From Eledone cirrhosa (lineage: Eukaryota): a stretch of DNA of 64,000 nt. The stretch lies in the NCBI GenBank assembly GCA_964016885.1, contig OZ024747.1, forward strand, positions 30,132,001 to 30,196,000, given 5' to 3'. The position numbers were made by a program, and so were the translations under genes. The notes under the pieces were generated by a model. It was not told where the DNA came from, ran no database searches, and saw only the letters and a program-made list of their open reading frames with translations. This document shows positions 1 through 15,000 of this stretch, piece after piece. Each line of letters opens with the position of its first letter. Position 1 is the stretch's first letter.

Positions 1-3000
1 GAAAAATTATTTTTTTTCCCAAAACATTGATTTTTTTCTTTCGGAATATATACTTTCTGATTTCGAAAATTGATATATATTTTGTATTTTTCAAACACAA
101 TGTATAAACGCATTTTTTTGAAAAAAAACATTTTTTCCAAATACTGTGTAAATTGATCAATTTGTGAAAAAACCTAAAAAAATCAATTTTAGAAATCAGA
201 AGTAAATATTTCGAAAAGTATAAAAAAATTGTTTATTTTAGGTTTTTCACAAATTGATCATTTTACACAGTATTTCGAGAAATTGTTTTTTTACAAAAAA
301 CATTGATTTTTTTTCTTTCGAAATATCTACTTTCTGATTTACTACTTGATATATATTTTGTATTTTTCAAACACAATGTATAAACGCATTTTTTTGAAAA
401 AAAACATTTTTTCCAAATACTCTGTAAAATGATCAATTTGTGAAAAACCTAAAAAAATCAATTTTAGAAGTCATAAGTAAATATTTCGAAAAGTATAAAA
501 AAATTGATTATTTTAGGTTTTTCACAAATTGATCATTTTAAACAGTATTTCGAAAAATTATTTTTTTTCTCAAAACATTGATTTTTTTCTTTCGGAATAT
601 ATACTTTCTGATTTCGAAAATTGATATATATTTTGTATTTTTCAAACACAATGTATAAACGCATTTTTTTAAAAAAAAACATTTTTTCCAAATACTGTGT
701 AAATTGATCAATTCGTGAAAAAACCTAAAAAAATCAATTTTAGAAATCAGAAGTAAATATTTCGAAAAGTGTAAACAAATTGATTATTTTAGGTTTTTCA
801 CAAATTGATCATTTTACACAGTATTTCGAAAAATTGTTTTTTTACAAAAAACATTGATTTTTTTTCTTTCGAAATATATACTTTCTGATTTCGAAAATTG
901 ATATATATTTTGTATTTTTCAAACACAATGTATAAACGCATTTTTTTAAAAAAAAACATTTTTTCCAAATACTGTGTAAATTGATCAATTCGTGAAAAAA
1001 CCTAAAAAAATCAATTTTAGAAATCAGAAGTAAATATTTCGAAAAGTGTAAACAAATTGATTTTTTTAGGTTTTTCACAAATTGATCATTTTACACAGTA
1101 TTTCGAAAAATTGTTTTTTTTCAGAAAAGATTGATTTTTTTTCTTTTGAAATATCTACTTTCTGATTTCGAAAATTGTAATATATTTTGTATTTTTAAAA
1201 AATTTTTCAACGTGTTGAAACAGTGTATAAACGCATTCTTTTGAAAAAAAAACATTTTTTCCAAATACTGTGAAAAAACCTAAAAAAATCAATTTTAGAA
1301 ATTAGAAGTAAATATTTCGAAAAGTGTAAACAAATTGATTATTTTAGGTTTTTCACAAATTGATCATTTTACACAGTATTTCGAAAAATTGTTTTTTTTC
1401 AAAAAAGATTGATTTTTTTTCTTTTGAAATATCTACTTTCTGATTTCGAAAATTGTTATATATTTTGTATTTTTAAAAAATTTTTCAACGTGTATGTATA
1501 AATGTATAAACGCATTTTTTCCAAATACTGTGTAAAATGATCAATTTGTGAAAAACCTAAAAAAATCAATTTTAGAAATCAGAAGTAAATATTTCGAAAA
1601 GTATAAAAAAATTGATTATTTTAGGTTTTTCACAAATTGATCATTTTACACAGTATTTCGAAAAATTGTTTTTTTACAAAAAACATTGATTTTTTTTCTT
1701 TCGAAATATAGACTTTCTGATTTCGAAAATTGATATATATTTTGTATTTTTCAAACACAATGTATAAACGCATTTTTTTGAAAAAAAACATTTTTTCCAA
1801 ATACTCTGTAAAATGATCAATTTGTGAAAAACCTAAAAAAATCAATTTTAGAAGTCAGAAGTAAATATTTCGAAAAGTATAAAAAAATTGATTATTTTAG
1901 GTTTTTGATAATTTTACACAATATTTCGAAAATTTGTTTTTTTTCAAAAAAGATTGATTTTTTTTCTTTTGAAATATCTACTTTCTGATTTCGAAAATTG
2001 TTATATATTTTGTATTTTTAAAAAATTTTTCAGCGTGTATGTATAAACGCATTTTTTCCAAATACTGTGTAAAATGATCAATTTGTGAAAAACCTAAAAA
2101 AATCAATTTTAGAAATCAGAAGTAAATATTTCGAAAAGTGTAAACAAATTGATTATTTTAGGTTTTTCACAAATTGATCATTTTACACAGTATTTCGAAA
2201 AATTGTTTTTTTACAAAAAACATTGATTTTTTTTCTTTCGAAATATATACTTTCTGATTTCGAAAATTGATATATATTTTGTATTTTTCAAACACAATGT
2301 ATAAACGCATTTTTTAAAAAAAAAACATTTTTTCCAAATACTGTGTAAATTGATCAATTCGTGAAAAAACCTAAAAAAATCAATTTTAGAAATCAGAAGT
2401 AAATATTTCGAAAAGTGTAAACAAATTGATTTTTTTAGGTTTTTCACAAATTGATCATTTTACACAGTATTTCGAAAAATTGTTTTTTTTCAGAAAAGAT
2501 TGATTTTTTTTCTTTTGAAATATCTACTTTCTGATTTCGAAAATTGTTATATAATTTCTATTTTTAAAAAATTTTTCAGCGTGTATGTATAAATGTATAA
2601 ACGCATTTTTTCCAAATACTGTGTAAAATGATCAATTTGTGAAAAACCTAAAAAAATCAATTTTAGAAGTCAGAAGTAAATATTTCGAAAAGTATAAAAA
2701 AATTGATTATTTTAGGTTCTTCACAAATTGATAATGTTACACAATATTTCGAAAATTTGTTTTTTTTCAAAAAATATTGATTTTTTTTCTTTCGAAATAT
2801 AGACTTTCTGATTTCGAAAATTGATATATATTTTGTATTTTTCAAACACAATGTATAAACGCATTTTTTTGAAAAAAAACATTTTTTCCAAATACTCTGT
2901 AAAATGATCAATTTGTGAAAAACCTAAAAAAATCAATTTTAGAAGTCAGAAGTAAATATTTCGAAAAGTATAAAAAAATTGATTATTTTAGGTTTTTGAT

Positions 3001-6000
3001 AATTTTACACAATATTTCGAAAATTTGTTTTTTTTCAAAAAAGATTGATTTTTTTTCTTTTGAAATATCTACTGTCTGATTTCGAAAATTGTTATATATT
3101 TTGTATTTTTAAAAAGTTTTTCAATGTGTCGAAACATAATGTATAAACGCATTTTTTCCAAATACTGTGTAAAATGATCTATTTGTGAAAAAGCTAAAAA
3201 AATCAATTTTACAAATCGGAAGTAAATATTTCGAAAAGTATAAAAAAATTGATTATTTTAGGTTTTTCACAAATTGATCATTTTAAACAGTATTTCGAAA
3301 AATTATTTTTTTTCCCAAAACATTGATTTTTTTCTTTCGGAATATATACTTTCTGATTTCGAAAATTGATATATATTTTGTATTTTTCAAACACAATGTA
3401 TAAACGCATTTTTTTGAAAAAAAACATTTTTTCCAAATACTGTGTAAAATGATCAATTTGTGAAAAACCTAAAAAAATCAATTTTAGAAATCAGAAGTAA
3501 ATATTTCGAAAAGTGTAAACAAATTGATTATTTTAGGTTTTTCACAAATTGATCATTTTACACAGTATTTCGAAAAATTGTTTTTTTTCAAAAAAGATTG
3601 GTTCTTTTTTCTTTCGAAATATCTACTTTCTGATTTCGAAAATTGTTATATATTTTGTATTTTTAAAAAATTTTTCAGCGTGTATGTATAAATGTATAAA
3701 CGCATTTTTTCCAAATACTGTGTAAAATGATCAATTTGTGAAAAACCTAAAAAAATCAATTTTAGAAATCAGAAGTAAATATTTCGAAAAGTATAAAAAA
3801 ATTGATTATTTTAGGTTTTTCACAAATTGATCATTTTACATAGTATTTCGAAAATTTGTTTTTTTACAAAAAACATTGATTTTTTTTCTTTCGAAATATA
3901 GACTTTCTGATTTCGAAAATTGATATATATTTTGTATTTTTCAAACACAATGTATAAACGCATTTTTTTGAAAAAAAACATTTTTTCCAAATACTCTGTA
4001 AAATGATCAATTTGTGAAAAACCTAAAAAAATCAATTTTAGAAGTCAGAAGTAAATATTTCGAAAAGTATAAAAAAATTGATTATTTTAGGTTTTTGATA
4101 ATTTTACACAATATTTCGAAAATTTGTTTTTTTTCAAAAAAGATTGATTTTTTTTCTTTTGAAATATCTACTTTCTGATTTCGAAAATTGTTATATATTT
4201 TGTATTTTTAAAAAATTTTTCAGCGTGTATGTTTTTTCCAAATACTGTGTAAAATGATCAATTTGTGAAAAACCTAAAAAAATCAATTTTAGAAATCAGA
4301 AGTAAATATTTCAAAAAGTATAAAAAAATTGATTATTTTAGGTTTTTCACAAATTGATCATTTTACACAGTATTTCGAAAAATTGTTTTTTTACAAAAAA
4401 CATTGATTTTTTTTCTTTCGAAATATAGACTTTCTGATTTCGAAAATTGATATATATTTTGTATTTTTCAAACACAATGTATAAACGCATTTTTTTGAAA
4501 AAAAGCATTTTTTCCAAATACTGTGTAAATTGATCAATTTGTGAAAAACCTAAAAAAATCAATTCTAGAAATCAAAAGTAAATATTTCGAAAAGTGTAAA
4601 CAAATTTATTATTTTAGGTTTTTCACAAATTGATCATTTTACACAGTACTTCGAAAAATTTTTTTTTTTCAAAAAAGATTGATTTTTTTTCTTTCGAAAT
4701 ATATACTTTCTGATTTCGAAAATTGTTATATATTTTGTATTTTTAAAAAGTTTTTCAACGTGTCGAAACATAATGTATAAACGCATTTTTTCCAAATACT
4801 GTGTAAAATGATCAATTTGTGAAAAACCTAAAAAAATCAATTTTAGAAATCAGAAGTAAATATTTCGAAAAGTATAAAAAAATTGATTATTTTAGGTTTT
4901 TCACAAATTGATCATTTTACACAGTATTTCGAAAAATTGTTTTTTTACAAAAAAGCATTGATTTTTTTTCTTTCGAAATATAGACTTTCTGATTTCGAAA
5001 ATTGATATATATTTTGTATTTTTCAAACACAATGTATAAACGCATTTTTTTGAAAAAAAGCATTTTTTCCAAATACTGTGTAAATTGATCAATTTGTGAA
5101 AAACCTAAAAAAATCAATTCTAGAAATCAAAAGTAAATATTTCGAAAAGTGTAAACAAATTGATTATTTTAGGTTTTTCACAAATTGATCATTTTACACA
5201 GTATTTCGAAAAATTTTTTTTTTTCAAAAAAGATTGATTTTTTTTCTTTCGAAATATCTACTTTCTGATTTCGAAAATTGTTATATATTTTGTATTTTTA
5301 AAAAGTTTTTCAACGTGTCGAAACATAATGTATAAACGCATTTTTTCCAAATACTGTGTAAAATGATCAATTTGTGAAAAACCTAAAAAAATCAATTTTA
5401 GAAATCAGAAGTAAATATTTCGAAAAGTATAAAAAAATTGATTATTTTAGGTTTTTCACAAATTGATCATTTTACACAGTATTTCGAAAAATTGTTTTTT
5501 TACAAAAAACATTGATTTTTTTTCTTTCGAAATATATACTTTCTGATTTCGAAAATTGATATACATTTTGTATTTTTCAAATATTTTTCAACGTGTTGAA
5601 ACAGTGTGTAAATGCATTCTTTTGAAAAAAAAACATTTTTTCCAAATACTGTGAAAAAACCTAAAAAAATCAATTTTAGAAATTAGAAGTAAATATTTCG
5701 AAAAGTGTAAACAAATTGATTATTTTAGGTTTTTCACAAATTGATCATTTTAAACAGTATTTCGAAAAATTATTTTTTTTCCCAAAACATTGATTTTTTT
5801 CTTTCGGAATATATACTTTCTGATTTCGAAAATTGATATATATTTTGTATTTTTCAAACACAATGTATAAACGCATTTTTTTGAAAAAAAACATTTTTTC
5901 CAAATACTGTGTAAATTGATCAATTTGTGAAAAAACCTAAAAAAATCAATTTTAGAAATCAGAAGTAAATATTTCGAAAAGTATAAAAAAATTGTTTATT

Positions 6001-9000
6001 TTAGGTTTTTCACAAATTGATCATTTTACACAGTATTTCGAGAAATTGTTTTTTTACAAAAAACATTGATTTTTTTTCTTTCGAAATATATACTTTCTGA
6101 TTTACTACTTGATATATATTTTGTATTTTTCAAACACAATGTATAAACGCATTTTTTTGAAAAAAAACATTTTTTCCAAATACTCTGTAAAATGATCAAT
6201 TTGTGAAAAACCTAAAAAAATCAATTTTAGAAGTCAGAAGTAAATATTTCGAAAAGTATAAAAAAAATTGATTATTTTAGGTTTTTCACAAATTGATAAT
6301 TTTACACAATATTTCGAAAATTTGTTTTTTTTCAAAAAAGATTGATTTTTTTTCTATCGAAATATCTACTTTCTGATTTCGAAAATTGATATACATTTTG
6401 TATTTTTCAAACACAATGTATAAACGCATTTTTTTGAAAAAAAACATTTTTTCCAAATACTCTGTAAAATGATCAATTTGTGAAAAACCTAAAAAAATCA
6501 ATTTTAGAAGTCATAAGTAAATATTTCGAAAAGTATAAAAAAATTGATTATTTTAGGTTTTTCACAAATTGATCATTTTAAACAGTATTTCGAAAAATTA
6601 TTTTTTTTCTCAAAACATTGATTTTTTTCTTTCGGAATATATACTTTCTGATTTCGAAAATTGATATATATTTTGTATTTTTCAAACACAATGTATAAAC
6701 GCATTTTTTTAAAAAAAAACATTTTTTCCAAATACTGTGTAAATTGATCAATTCGTGAAAAAACCTAAAAAAATCAATTTTAGAAATCAGAAGTAAATAT
6801 TTCGAAAAGTGTAAACAAATTGATTATTTTAGGTTTTTCACAAATTGATCATTTTACACAGTATTTCGAAAAATTGTTTTTTTACAAAAAACATTGATTT
6901 TTTTTCTTTCGAAATATATACTTTCTGATTTCGAAAATTGATATATATTTTGTATTTTTCAAACACAATGTATAAACGCATTTTTTTAAAAAAAAACATT
7001 TTTTCCAAATACTGTGTAAATTGATCAATTCGTGAAAAAACCTAAAAAAATCAATTTTAGAAATCAGAAGTAAATATTTCGAAAAGTGTAAACAAATTGA
7101 TTTTTTTAGGTTTTTCACAAATTGATCATTTTACACAGTATTTCGAAAAATTGTTTTTTTTCAGAAAAGATTGATTTTTTTTCTTTTGAAATATCTACTT
7201 TCTGATTTCGAAAATTGTTATATATTTTGTATTTTTAAAAAATTTTTCAACGTGTTGAAACAGTGTATAAACGCATTCTTTTGAAAAAAAAACATTTTTT
7301 CCAAATACTGTGAAAAAACCTAAAAAAATCAATTTTAGAAATTAGAAGTAAATATTTCGAAAAGTGTAAACAAATTGATTATTTTAGGTTTTTCACAAAT
7401 TGATCATTTTACACAGTATTTCGAAAAATTGTTTTTTTTCAAAAAAGATTGATTTTTTTTCTTTTGAAATATCTACTTTCTGATTTCGAAAATTGTTATA
7501 TATTTTGTATTTTTAAAAAATTTTTCAACGTGTATGTATAAATGTATAAACGCATTTTTTCCAAATACTGTGTAAAATGATCAATTTGTGAAAAACCTAA
7601 AAAAATCAATTTTAGAAATCAGAAGTAAATATTTCGAAAAGTATAAAAAAATTGATTATTTTAGGTTTTTCACAAATTGATCATTTTACACAGTATTTCG
7701 AAAAATTGTTTTTTTACAAAAAACATTGATTTTTTTTCTTTCGAAATATAGACTTTCTGATTTCGAAAATTGATATATATTTTGTATTTTTCAAACACAA
7801 TGTATAAACGCATTTTTTTGAAAAAAAACATTTTTTCCAAATACTCTGTAAAATGATCAATTTGTGAAAAACCTAAAAAAATCAATTTTAGAAGTCAGAA
7901 GTAAATATTTCGAAAAGTATAAAAAAATTGATTATTTTAGGTTTTTGATAATTTTACACAATATTTCGAAAATTTGTTTTTTTTCAAAAAAGATTGATTT
8001 TTTTTCTTTTGAAATATCTACTTTCTGATTTCGAAAATTGTTATATATTTTGTATTTTTAAAAAATTTTTCAGCGTGTATGTATAAACGCATTTTTTCCA
8101 AATACTGTGTAAAATGATCAATTTGTGAAAAACCTAAAAAAATCAATTTTAGAAATCAGAAGTAAATATTTCGAAAAGTGTAAACAAATTGATTATTTTA
8201 GGTTTTTCACAAATTGATCATTTTACACAGTATTTCGAAAAATTGTTTTTTTACAAAAAACATTGATTTTTTTTCTTTCGAAATATATACTTTCTGATTT
8301 CGAAAATTGATATATATTTTGTATTTTTCAAACACAATGTGTAAACGCATTTTTTAAAAAAAAAACATTTTTTCCAAATACTGTGTAAATTGATCAATTC
8401 GTGAAAAAACCTAAAAAAATCAATTTTAGAAATCAGAAGTAAATATTTCGAAAAGTGTAAACAAATTGATTTTTTTAGGTTTTTCACAAATTGATCATTT
8501 TACACAGTATTTCGAAAAATTGTTTTTTTTCAGAAAAGATTGATTTTTTTTCTTTTGAAATATCTACTTTCTGATTTCGAAAATTGTTATATAATTTCTA
8601 TTTTTAAAAAATTTTTCAGCGTGTATGTATAAATGTATAAACGCATTTTTTCCAAATACTGTGTAAAATGATCAATTTGTGAAAAACCTAAAAAAATCAA
8701 TTTTAGAAGTCAGAAGTAAATATTTCGAAAAGTATAAAAAAATTGATTATTTTAGGTTCTTCACAAATTGATAATGTTACACAATATTTCGAAAATTTGT
8801 TTTTTTTCAAAAAATATTGATTTTTTTTCTATCGAAATATATACTTTCTGATTTCGAAAATTGATATACATTTTGTATTTTTCAAATATTTTTCAACGTG
8901 TTGAAACAGTGTATAAACGCATTCTTTTGAAAAAAAAACATTTTTTCCAAATACTGTGAAAAAACCTAAAAAAATCAATTTTAGAAATTAGAAGTAAATA

Positions 9001-12000
9001 TTTCGAAAAGTGTAAACAAATTGATTATTTTAGGTTTTTCACAAATTGATCATTTTACACAGTATTTCGAAAAATTGTTTTTTTTCAAAAAAGATTGATT
9101 TTTTTCTTTTGAAATATCTACTTTCTGATTTCGAAAATTGTTATATATTTTGTATTTTTAAAAAATTTTTCAACGTGTATGTATAAATGTATAAACGCAT
9201 TTTTTCCAAATACTGTGTAAAATGATCAATTTGTGAAAAACCTAAAAAAATCAATTTTAGAAATCAGAAGTAAATATTTCGAAAAGTATAAAAAAATTGA
9301 TTATTTTAGGTTTTTCACAAATTGATCATTTTACACAGTATTTCGAAAAATTGTTTTTTTACAAAAAACATTGATTTTTTTTCTTTCGAAATATAGACTT
9401 TCTGATTTCGAAAATTGATATATATTTTGTATTTTTCAAACACAATGTATAAACGCATTTTTTTGAAAAAAAACATTTTTTCCAAATACTCTGTAAAATG
9501 ATCAATTTGTGAAAAACCTAAAAAAATCAATTTTAAAAGTCAGAAGTAAATATTTCGAAAAGTGTAAACAAATTGATTATTTTAGGTTTTTCACAAATTG
9601 ATCATTTTACACAGTACTTCGAAAAATTTTTTTTTTTCAAAAAAGATTGATTTTTTTTCTTTCGAAATATATACTTTCTGATTTCGAAAATTGTTATATA
9701 TTTTGTATTTTTAAAAAGTTTTTCAACGTGTCGAAACATAATGTATAAACGCATTTTTTCCAAATACTGTGTAAAATGATCAATTTGTGAAAAACCTAAA
9801 AAAATCAATTTTAGAAATCAGAAGTAAATATTTCGAAAAGTATAAAAAAATTGATTATTTTAGGTTTTTCACAAATTGATCATTTTACACAGTATTTCGA
9901 AAAATTGTTTTTTTACAAAAAGCATTGATTTTTTTTCTTTCGAAATATAGACTTTCTGATTTCGAAAATTGATATATATTTTGTATTTTTCAAACACAAT
10001 GTATAAACGCATTTTTTTGAAAAAAAGCATTTTTTCCAAATACTGTGTAAATTGATCAATTTGTGAAAAACCTAAAAAAATCAATTCTAGAAATCAAAAG
10101 TAAATATTTCGAAAAGTGTAAACAAATTGATTATTTTAGGTTTTTCACAAATTGATCATTTTACACAGTATTTCGAAAAATTTTTTTTTTTCAAAAAAGA
10201 TTGATTTTTTTTCTTTCGAAATATCTACTTTCTGATTTCGAAAATTGTTATATATTTTGTATTTTTAAAAAGTTTTTCAACGTGTCGAAACATAATGTAT
10301 AAACGCATTTTTTCCAAATACTGTGTAAAATGATCAATTTGTGAAAAACCTAAAAAAATCAATTTTAGAAATCAGAAGTAAATATTTCGAAAAGTATAAA
10401 AAAATTGATTATTTTAGGTTCTTCACAAATTGATAATGTTACACAATATTTCGAAAATTTGTTTTTTTTCAAAAAAGATTGATTTTTTTTCTATCGAAAT
10501 ATATACTTTCTGATTTCGAAAATTGTATATACATTTTGTATTTTTCAAATATTTTTCAACGTGTTGAAACAGTGTATAAACGCATTCTTTTGAAAAAAAA
10601 ACATTTTTTCCAAATACTGTGAAAAAACCTAAAAAAATCAATTTTAGAAATTAGAAGTAAATATTTCGAAAAGTGTAAACAAATTGATTATTTTAGGTTT
10701 TTCACAAATTGATCATTTTACACAGTATTTCGAAAAATTGTTTTTTTTCAAAAAAGATTGATTTTTTTCTTTTGAAATATCTACTTTCTGATTTCGAAAA
10801 TTGTTATATATTTTGTATTTTTAAAAAATTTTTCAACGTGTATGTATAAATGTATAAACGCATTTTTTCCAAATACTGTGTAAAATGATCAATTTGTGAA
10901 AAACCTAAAAAAATCAATTTTAGAAATCAGAAGTAAATATTTCGAAAAGTATAAAAAAATTGATTATTTTAGGTTTTTCACAAATTGATCATTTTACACA
11001 GTATTTCGAAAAATTGTTTTTTTACAAAAAACATTGATTTTTTTTCTTTCGAAATATATACTTTCTGATTTCGAAAATTGATATACATTTTGTATTTTTC
11101 AAATATTTTTCAACGTGTTGAAACAAAGTGTATAAACGCATTTTTTTGAAAAAAAGACATTTTTTCCAAAAAAATCAATTTTAGAAATTAGAAGTAAATA
11201 TTTCAAAAAGTGTAAACAAATTGATTATTTTAGGTTTTTCACAAATTGATCATTTTACACAGTATTTGGAAAAATTGTTTTTTTTCAAAAAAGATTGATT
11301 TTTTTTCTTTTGAAATATCTACTTTCTGATTTCGAAAATTGTTATATATTTTGTATTTTTAAAAAGTTTTTCAACGTGTCGAAACATAATGTATAAACGC
11401 ATTTTTTCCAAATACTGTGTGAAATGATCTATTTTTGAAAAAGCTAAAAAAATCAATTTTAGAAATCGGAAGTAAATATTTCGAAAAGTATAAAAAAATT
11501 GATTATTTTAGGTTTTTCACAAATTGATCATTTTAAACAGTATTTCGAAAAATTATTTTTTTTCCAAAAACATTGATTTTTTTCTTTCGGAATATATACT
11601 TTCTGATTTCGAAAATTGATATATATTTTGTATTTTTCAAACACAATGTATAAACGCATTTTTTTGAAAAAAAACATTTTTTCCAAATACTGTGTAAAAT
11701 GATCAATTTGTGAAAAAGCTAAATAAATCAATTTTAGAAATCGGAAGTAAATATTTCGAAAAGTATAAAAAAATTGATTATTTTAGGTTTTTCACAAATT
11801 GATCATTTTACACAGTATTTCGAAAAATTGTTTTTTTACAAAAAACATTGATTTTTTTTCTTTCGAAATATATACTTTCTGATTTCGAAAATTGATATAT
11901 ATTTTGTATTTTTCAAACACAATGTATAAACGCATTTTTTTGAAAAAAAACATTTTTTCCAAATACTCTGTAAAATGATCAATTTGTGAAAAACCTAAAA

Positions 12001-15000
12001 AAATCAATTTTAGAAGTCAGAAGTAAATATTTCGAAAAGTATAAAAAAAATTGATTATTTTAGGTTTTTCACAAATTGATAATTTTACACAATATTTCGA
12101 AAATTTGTTTTTTTTCAAAAAAGATTGATTTTTTTTCTATCGAAATATATACTTTCTGATTTCGAAAATTGATATACATTTTGTATTTTTCAAATATTTT
12201 TCAACGTGTTGAAACACAGTGTATAAACACATTCTTTTGAAAAAAAAACATTTTTTCCAAATACTGTGAAAAAACCTAAAAAAATCAATTTTAGAAATTA
12301 GAAGTAAATATTTCGAAAAGTGTAAACAAATTGATTATTTTAGGTTTTTCACAAATTGATCATTTTACACAGTATTTCGAAAAATTGTTTTTTTTCAAAA
12401 AAGATTGATTTTTTTCTTTTGAAATATCTACTTTCTGATTTCGAAAATTGTTATATATTTTGTATTTTTAAAAAATTTTTCAACGTGTATGTATAAATGT
12501 ATAAACGCATTTTTTCCAAATACTGTGTAAAATGATCAATTTGTGAAAAACCTAAAAAAATCAATTTTAGAAATCAGAAGTAAATATTTCGAAAAGTATA
12601 AAAAAATTGATTATTTTAGGTTTTTCACAAATTGATCATTTTACACAGTATTTCGAAAAATTGTTTTTTTACAAAAAACATTGATTTTTTTTCTTTCGAA
12701 ATATAGACTTTCTGATTTCGAAAATTGATATATATTTTGTATTTTTCAAACACAATGTATAAACGCATTTTTTTGAAAAAAAACATTTTTTCCAAATACT
12801 CTGTAAAATGATCAATTTGTGAAAAACCTAAAAAAATCAATTTTAGAAGTCATAAGTAAATATTTCGAAAAGTATAAAAAAATTGATTATTTTAGGTTTT
12901 TCACAAATTGATCATTTTAAACAGTATTTCGAAAAATTATTTTTTTTCTCAAAACATTGATTTTTTTCTTTCGGAATATATACTTTCTGATTTCGAAAAT
13001 TGATATATATTTTGTATTTTTCAAACACAATGTATAAACGCATTTTTTTAAAAAAAAACATTTTTTCCAAATACTGTGTAAATTGATCAATTCGTGAAAA
13101 AACCTAAAAAAATCAATTTTAGAAATCAGAAGTAAATATTTCGAAAAGTGTAAACAAATTGATTATTTTAGGTTTTTCACAAATTGATCATTTTACACAG
13201 TATTTCGAAAAATTGTTTTTTTACAAAAAACATTGATTTTTTTTCTTTCGAAATATATACTTTCTGATTTCGAAAATTGATATATATTTTGTATTTTTCA
13301 AACACAATGTATAAACGCATTTTTTTAAAAAAAAACATTTTTTCCAAATACTGTGTAAATTGATCAATTCGTGAAAAAACCTAAAAAAATCAATTTTAGA
13401 AATCAGAAGTAAATATTTCGAAAAGTGTAAACAAATTGATTTTTTTAGGTTTTTCACAAATTGATCATTTTACACAGTATTTCGAAAAATTGTTTTTTTT
13501 CAGAAAAGATTGATTTTTTTTCTTTTGAAATATCTACTTTCTGATTTCGAAAATTGTTATATATTTTGTATTTTTAAAAAATTTTTCAACGTGTTGAAAC
13601 AGTGTATAAACGCATTCTTTTGAAAAAAAAACATTTTTTCCAAATACTGTGAAAAAACCTAAAAAAATCAATTTTAGAAATTAGAAGTAAATATTTCGAA
13701 AAGTGTAAACAAATTGATTATTTTAGGTTTTTCACAAATTGATCATTTTACACAGAATTTCGAAAAATTGTTTTTTTTCAAAAAAGATTGATTTTTTTCT
13801 TTTGAAATATCTACTTTCTGATTTCGAAAATTGTTATATATTTTGTATTTTTAAAAAATTTTTCAACGTGTATGTATAAATGTATAAACGCATTTTTTCC
13901 AAATACTGTGTAAAATGATCAATTTGTGAAAAACCTAAAAAAATCAATTTTAGAAATCAGAAGTAAATATTTCGAAAAGTATAAAAAAATTGATTATTTT
14001 AGGTTTTTCACAAATTGATCATTTTACACAGTATTTCGAAAAATTGTTTTTTTACAAAAAACATTGATTTTTTTTCTTTCGAAATATAGACTTTCTGATT
14101 TCGAAAATTGATATATATTTTGTATTTTTCAAACACAATGTATAAACGCATTTTTTTGAAAAAAAACATTTTTTCCAAATACTCTGTAAAATGATCAATT
14201 TGTGAAAAACCTAAAAAAATCAATTTTAGAAGTCAGAAGTAAATATTTCGAAAAGTATAAAAAAATTGATTATTTTAGGTTTTTGATAATTTTACACAAT
14301 ATTTCGAAAATTTTTGTTGATTTTTGTTCTTTTGAAATATCTACTTTCTGATTTCGAAAATTGTTATATATTTTGTATTTTTAAAAAATTTTTCAGCGTG
14401 TATGTATAAATGTATAAACGCATTTTTTCCAAATACTGTGTAAAATGATCAATTTGTGAAAAACCTAAAAAAATCAATTTTAGAAATCAGAGGTAAATAT
14501 TTCGAAAAAATTGATTATTTTAGGTTTTTCACAAATTGATCATTTTACACAGTATTTCGAAAAATTGTTTTTTTACAAAAAACATTGATTTTTTTTCTTT
14601 CGAAATATATATTTTCTGATTTCGAAAATTGATATATATTTTGTATTTTTCAAACACAATGTATAAACGCATTTTTTTGAAAAAAAACATTTTTTCCAAA
14701 TACTCTGTAAAATGATCAATTTGTGAAAAACCTAAAAAAATCAATTTTAGGTCAGAAGTAAATATTTCGAAAAGTATAAAAAAATTGATTATTTTAGGTT
14801 TTTCACAAATTGATAATTTTACACAATATTTCGAAAATTTGTTTTTTTTCTATCGAAATATATACTTTCTGATTTCGAAAATTGATATACATTTTGTATT
14901 TTTCAAATATTTTTCAACGTCTGTGAAAAAACCTAAAAAAATCAATTTTAGAAATTAGAAGTAAATATTTCGAAAAGTGTAAACAAATTGATTATTTTAG

